Position numbers and translations under genes: made by a program
The notes under the pieces: generated by a model
What the model was told of the DNA's origin: nothing
The model's database searches: none
Seen by the model: the letters and a program-made list of their open reading frames with translations, nothing else
Assembly: GCA_002269645.1 (NCBI GenBank)
Contig: NIVC01000084.1
Coordinates: 434,001 to 498,000, forward strand
Direction of reading: 5' to 3'
DNA length: 64,000 bases
DNA from: Macrostomum lignano
Taxonomy: Eukaryota
In this document: one piece after another, positions 63,647 through 64,000 of the stretch
Position numbering within the stretch: position 1 is the stretch's first letter
How the letters are laid out: each line of letters starts with the position of its first letter

Positions 63647-64000
63647 GTAATTAATGCCTATTTATCCTATCAAGGCATGAAAGTATTGCTACTAAGGGAA
63701 AGTCAAAAACTACTACTACAGATTAACAGTTACAAATTTAATAAAAGTTAAGCATGGTTGAGGTAGAAAGACAGGTGAGGAGAGGGAAGAGAGGGAAAGA
63801 GGCAAAGGAGGAGATAGATAGAGGTGGAGAAACGGTAGAGTACAGGACAGGTAGAGGGGAAGAGGCGGTAGATAAAACAAGGCAGATAGACGGAAGGGAC
63901 AGGTAGATATGGAAGAGACAGGGAAAGGGACAGGTGGAGATAAGAAGTAGAGAAGGGACAGGTATAGGAAATAAGAGAGACAAAGGGGCAGATACAGGTA

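Overview
Eukaryotic (metazoan) DNA. GC-rich spliced exons and introns packed with minisatellites suggest a repeat-rich flatworm such as Macrostomum (inference). Genes rebuilt by hand from splice sites: (1) a 5'-incomplete + strand gene for several Rab-like GTPase domains in tandem, expanded by an in-frame 2246-bp duplication (1-6.7 kb); (2) beta-TrCP (-, 9.8-13 kb); (3) a divergent SLC1/EAAT transporter with altered Na+-site residues (-, 16.5-22.3 kb); (4) five alternately oriented copies of a secreted PAN-like + LamG/ConA-like gene with a homogenised core, interspersed with a Gypsy integrase relic (25-43.6 kb); (5) an MFS transporter (-, 44.2-49.7 kb); (6) a clan-2 cytochrome P450 (+, 53.5-55.9 kb, one frameshift); (7) the first two coding exons of DNAAF4/DYX1C1 (+, 60.6-63.6 kb) with a mariner in intron 1. 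Also three hAT-type MITEs, a tRNA-derived SINE and LINE 3' relics. Most long ORFs in the supplied track are tandem-repeat artefacts. No databases or aligners were run; repeat boundaries are approximate.
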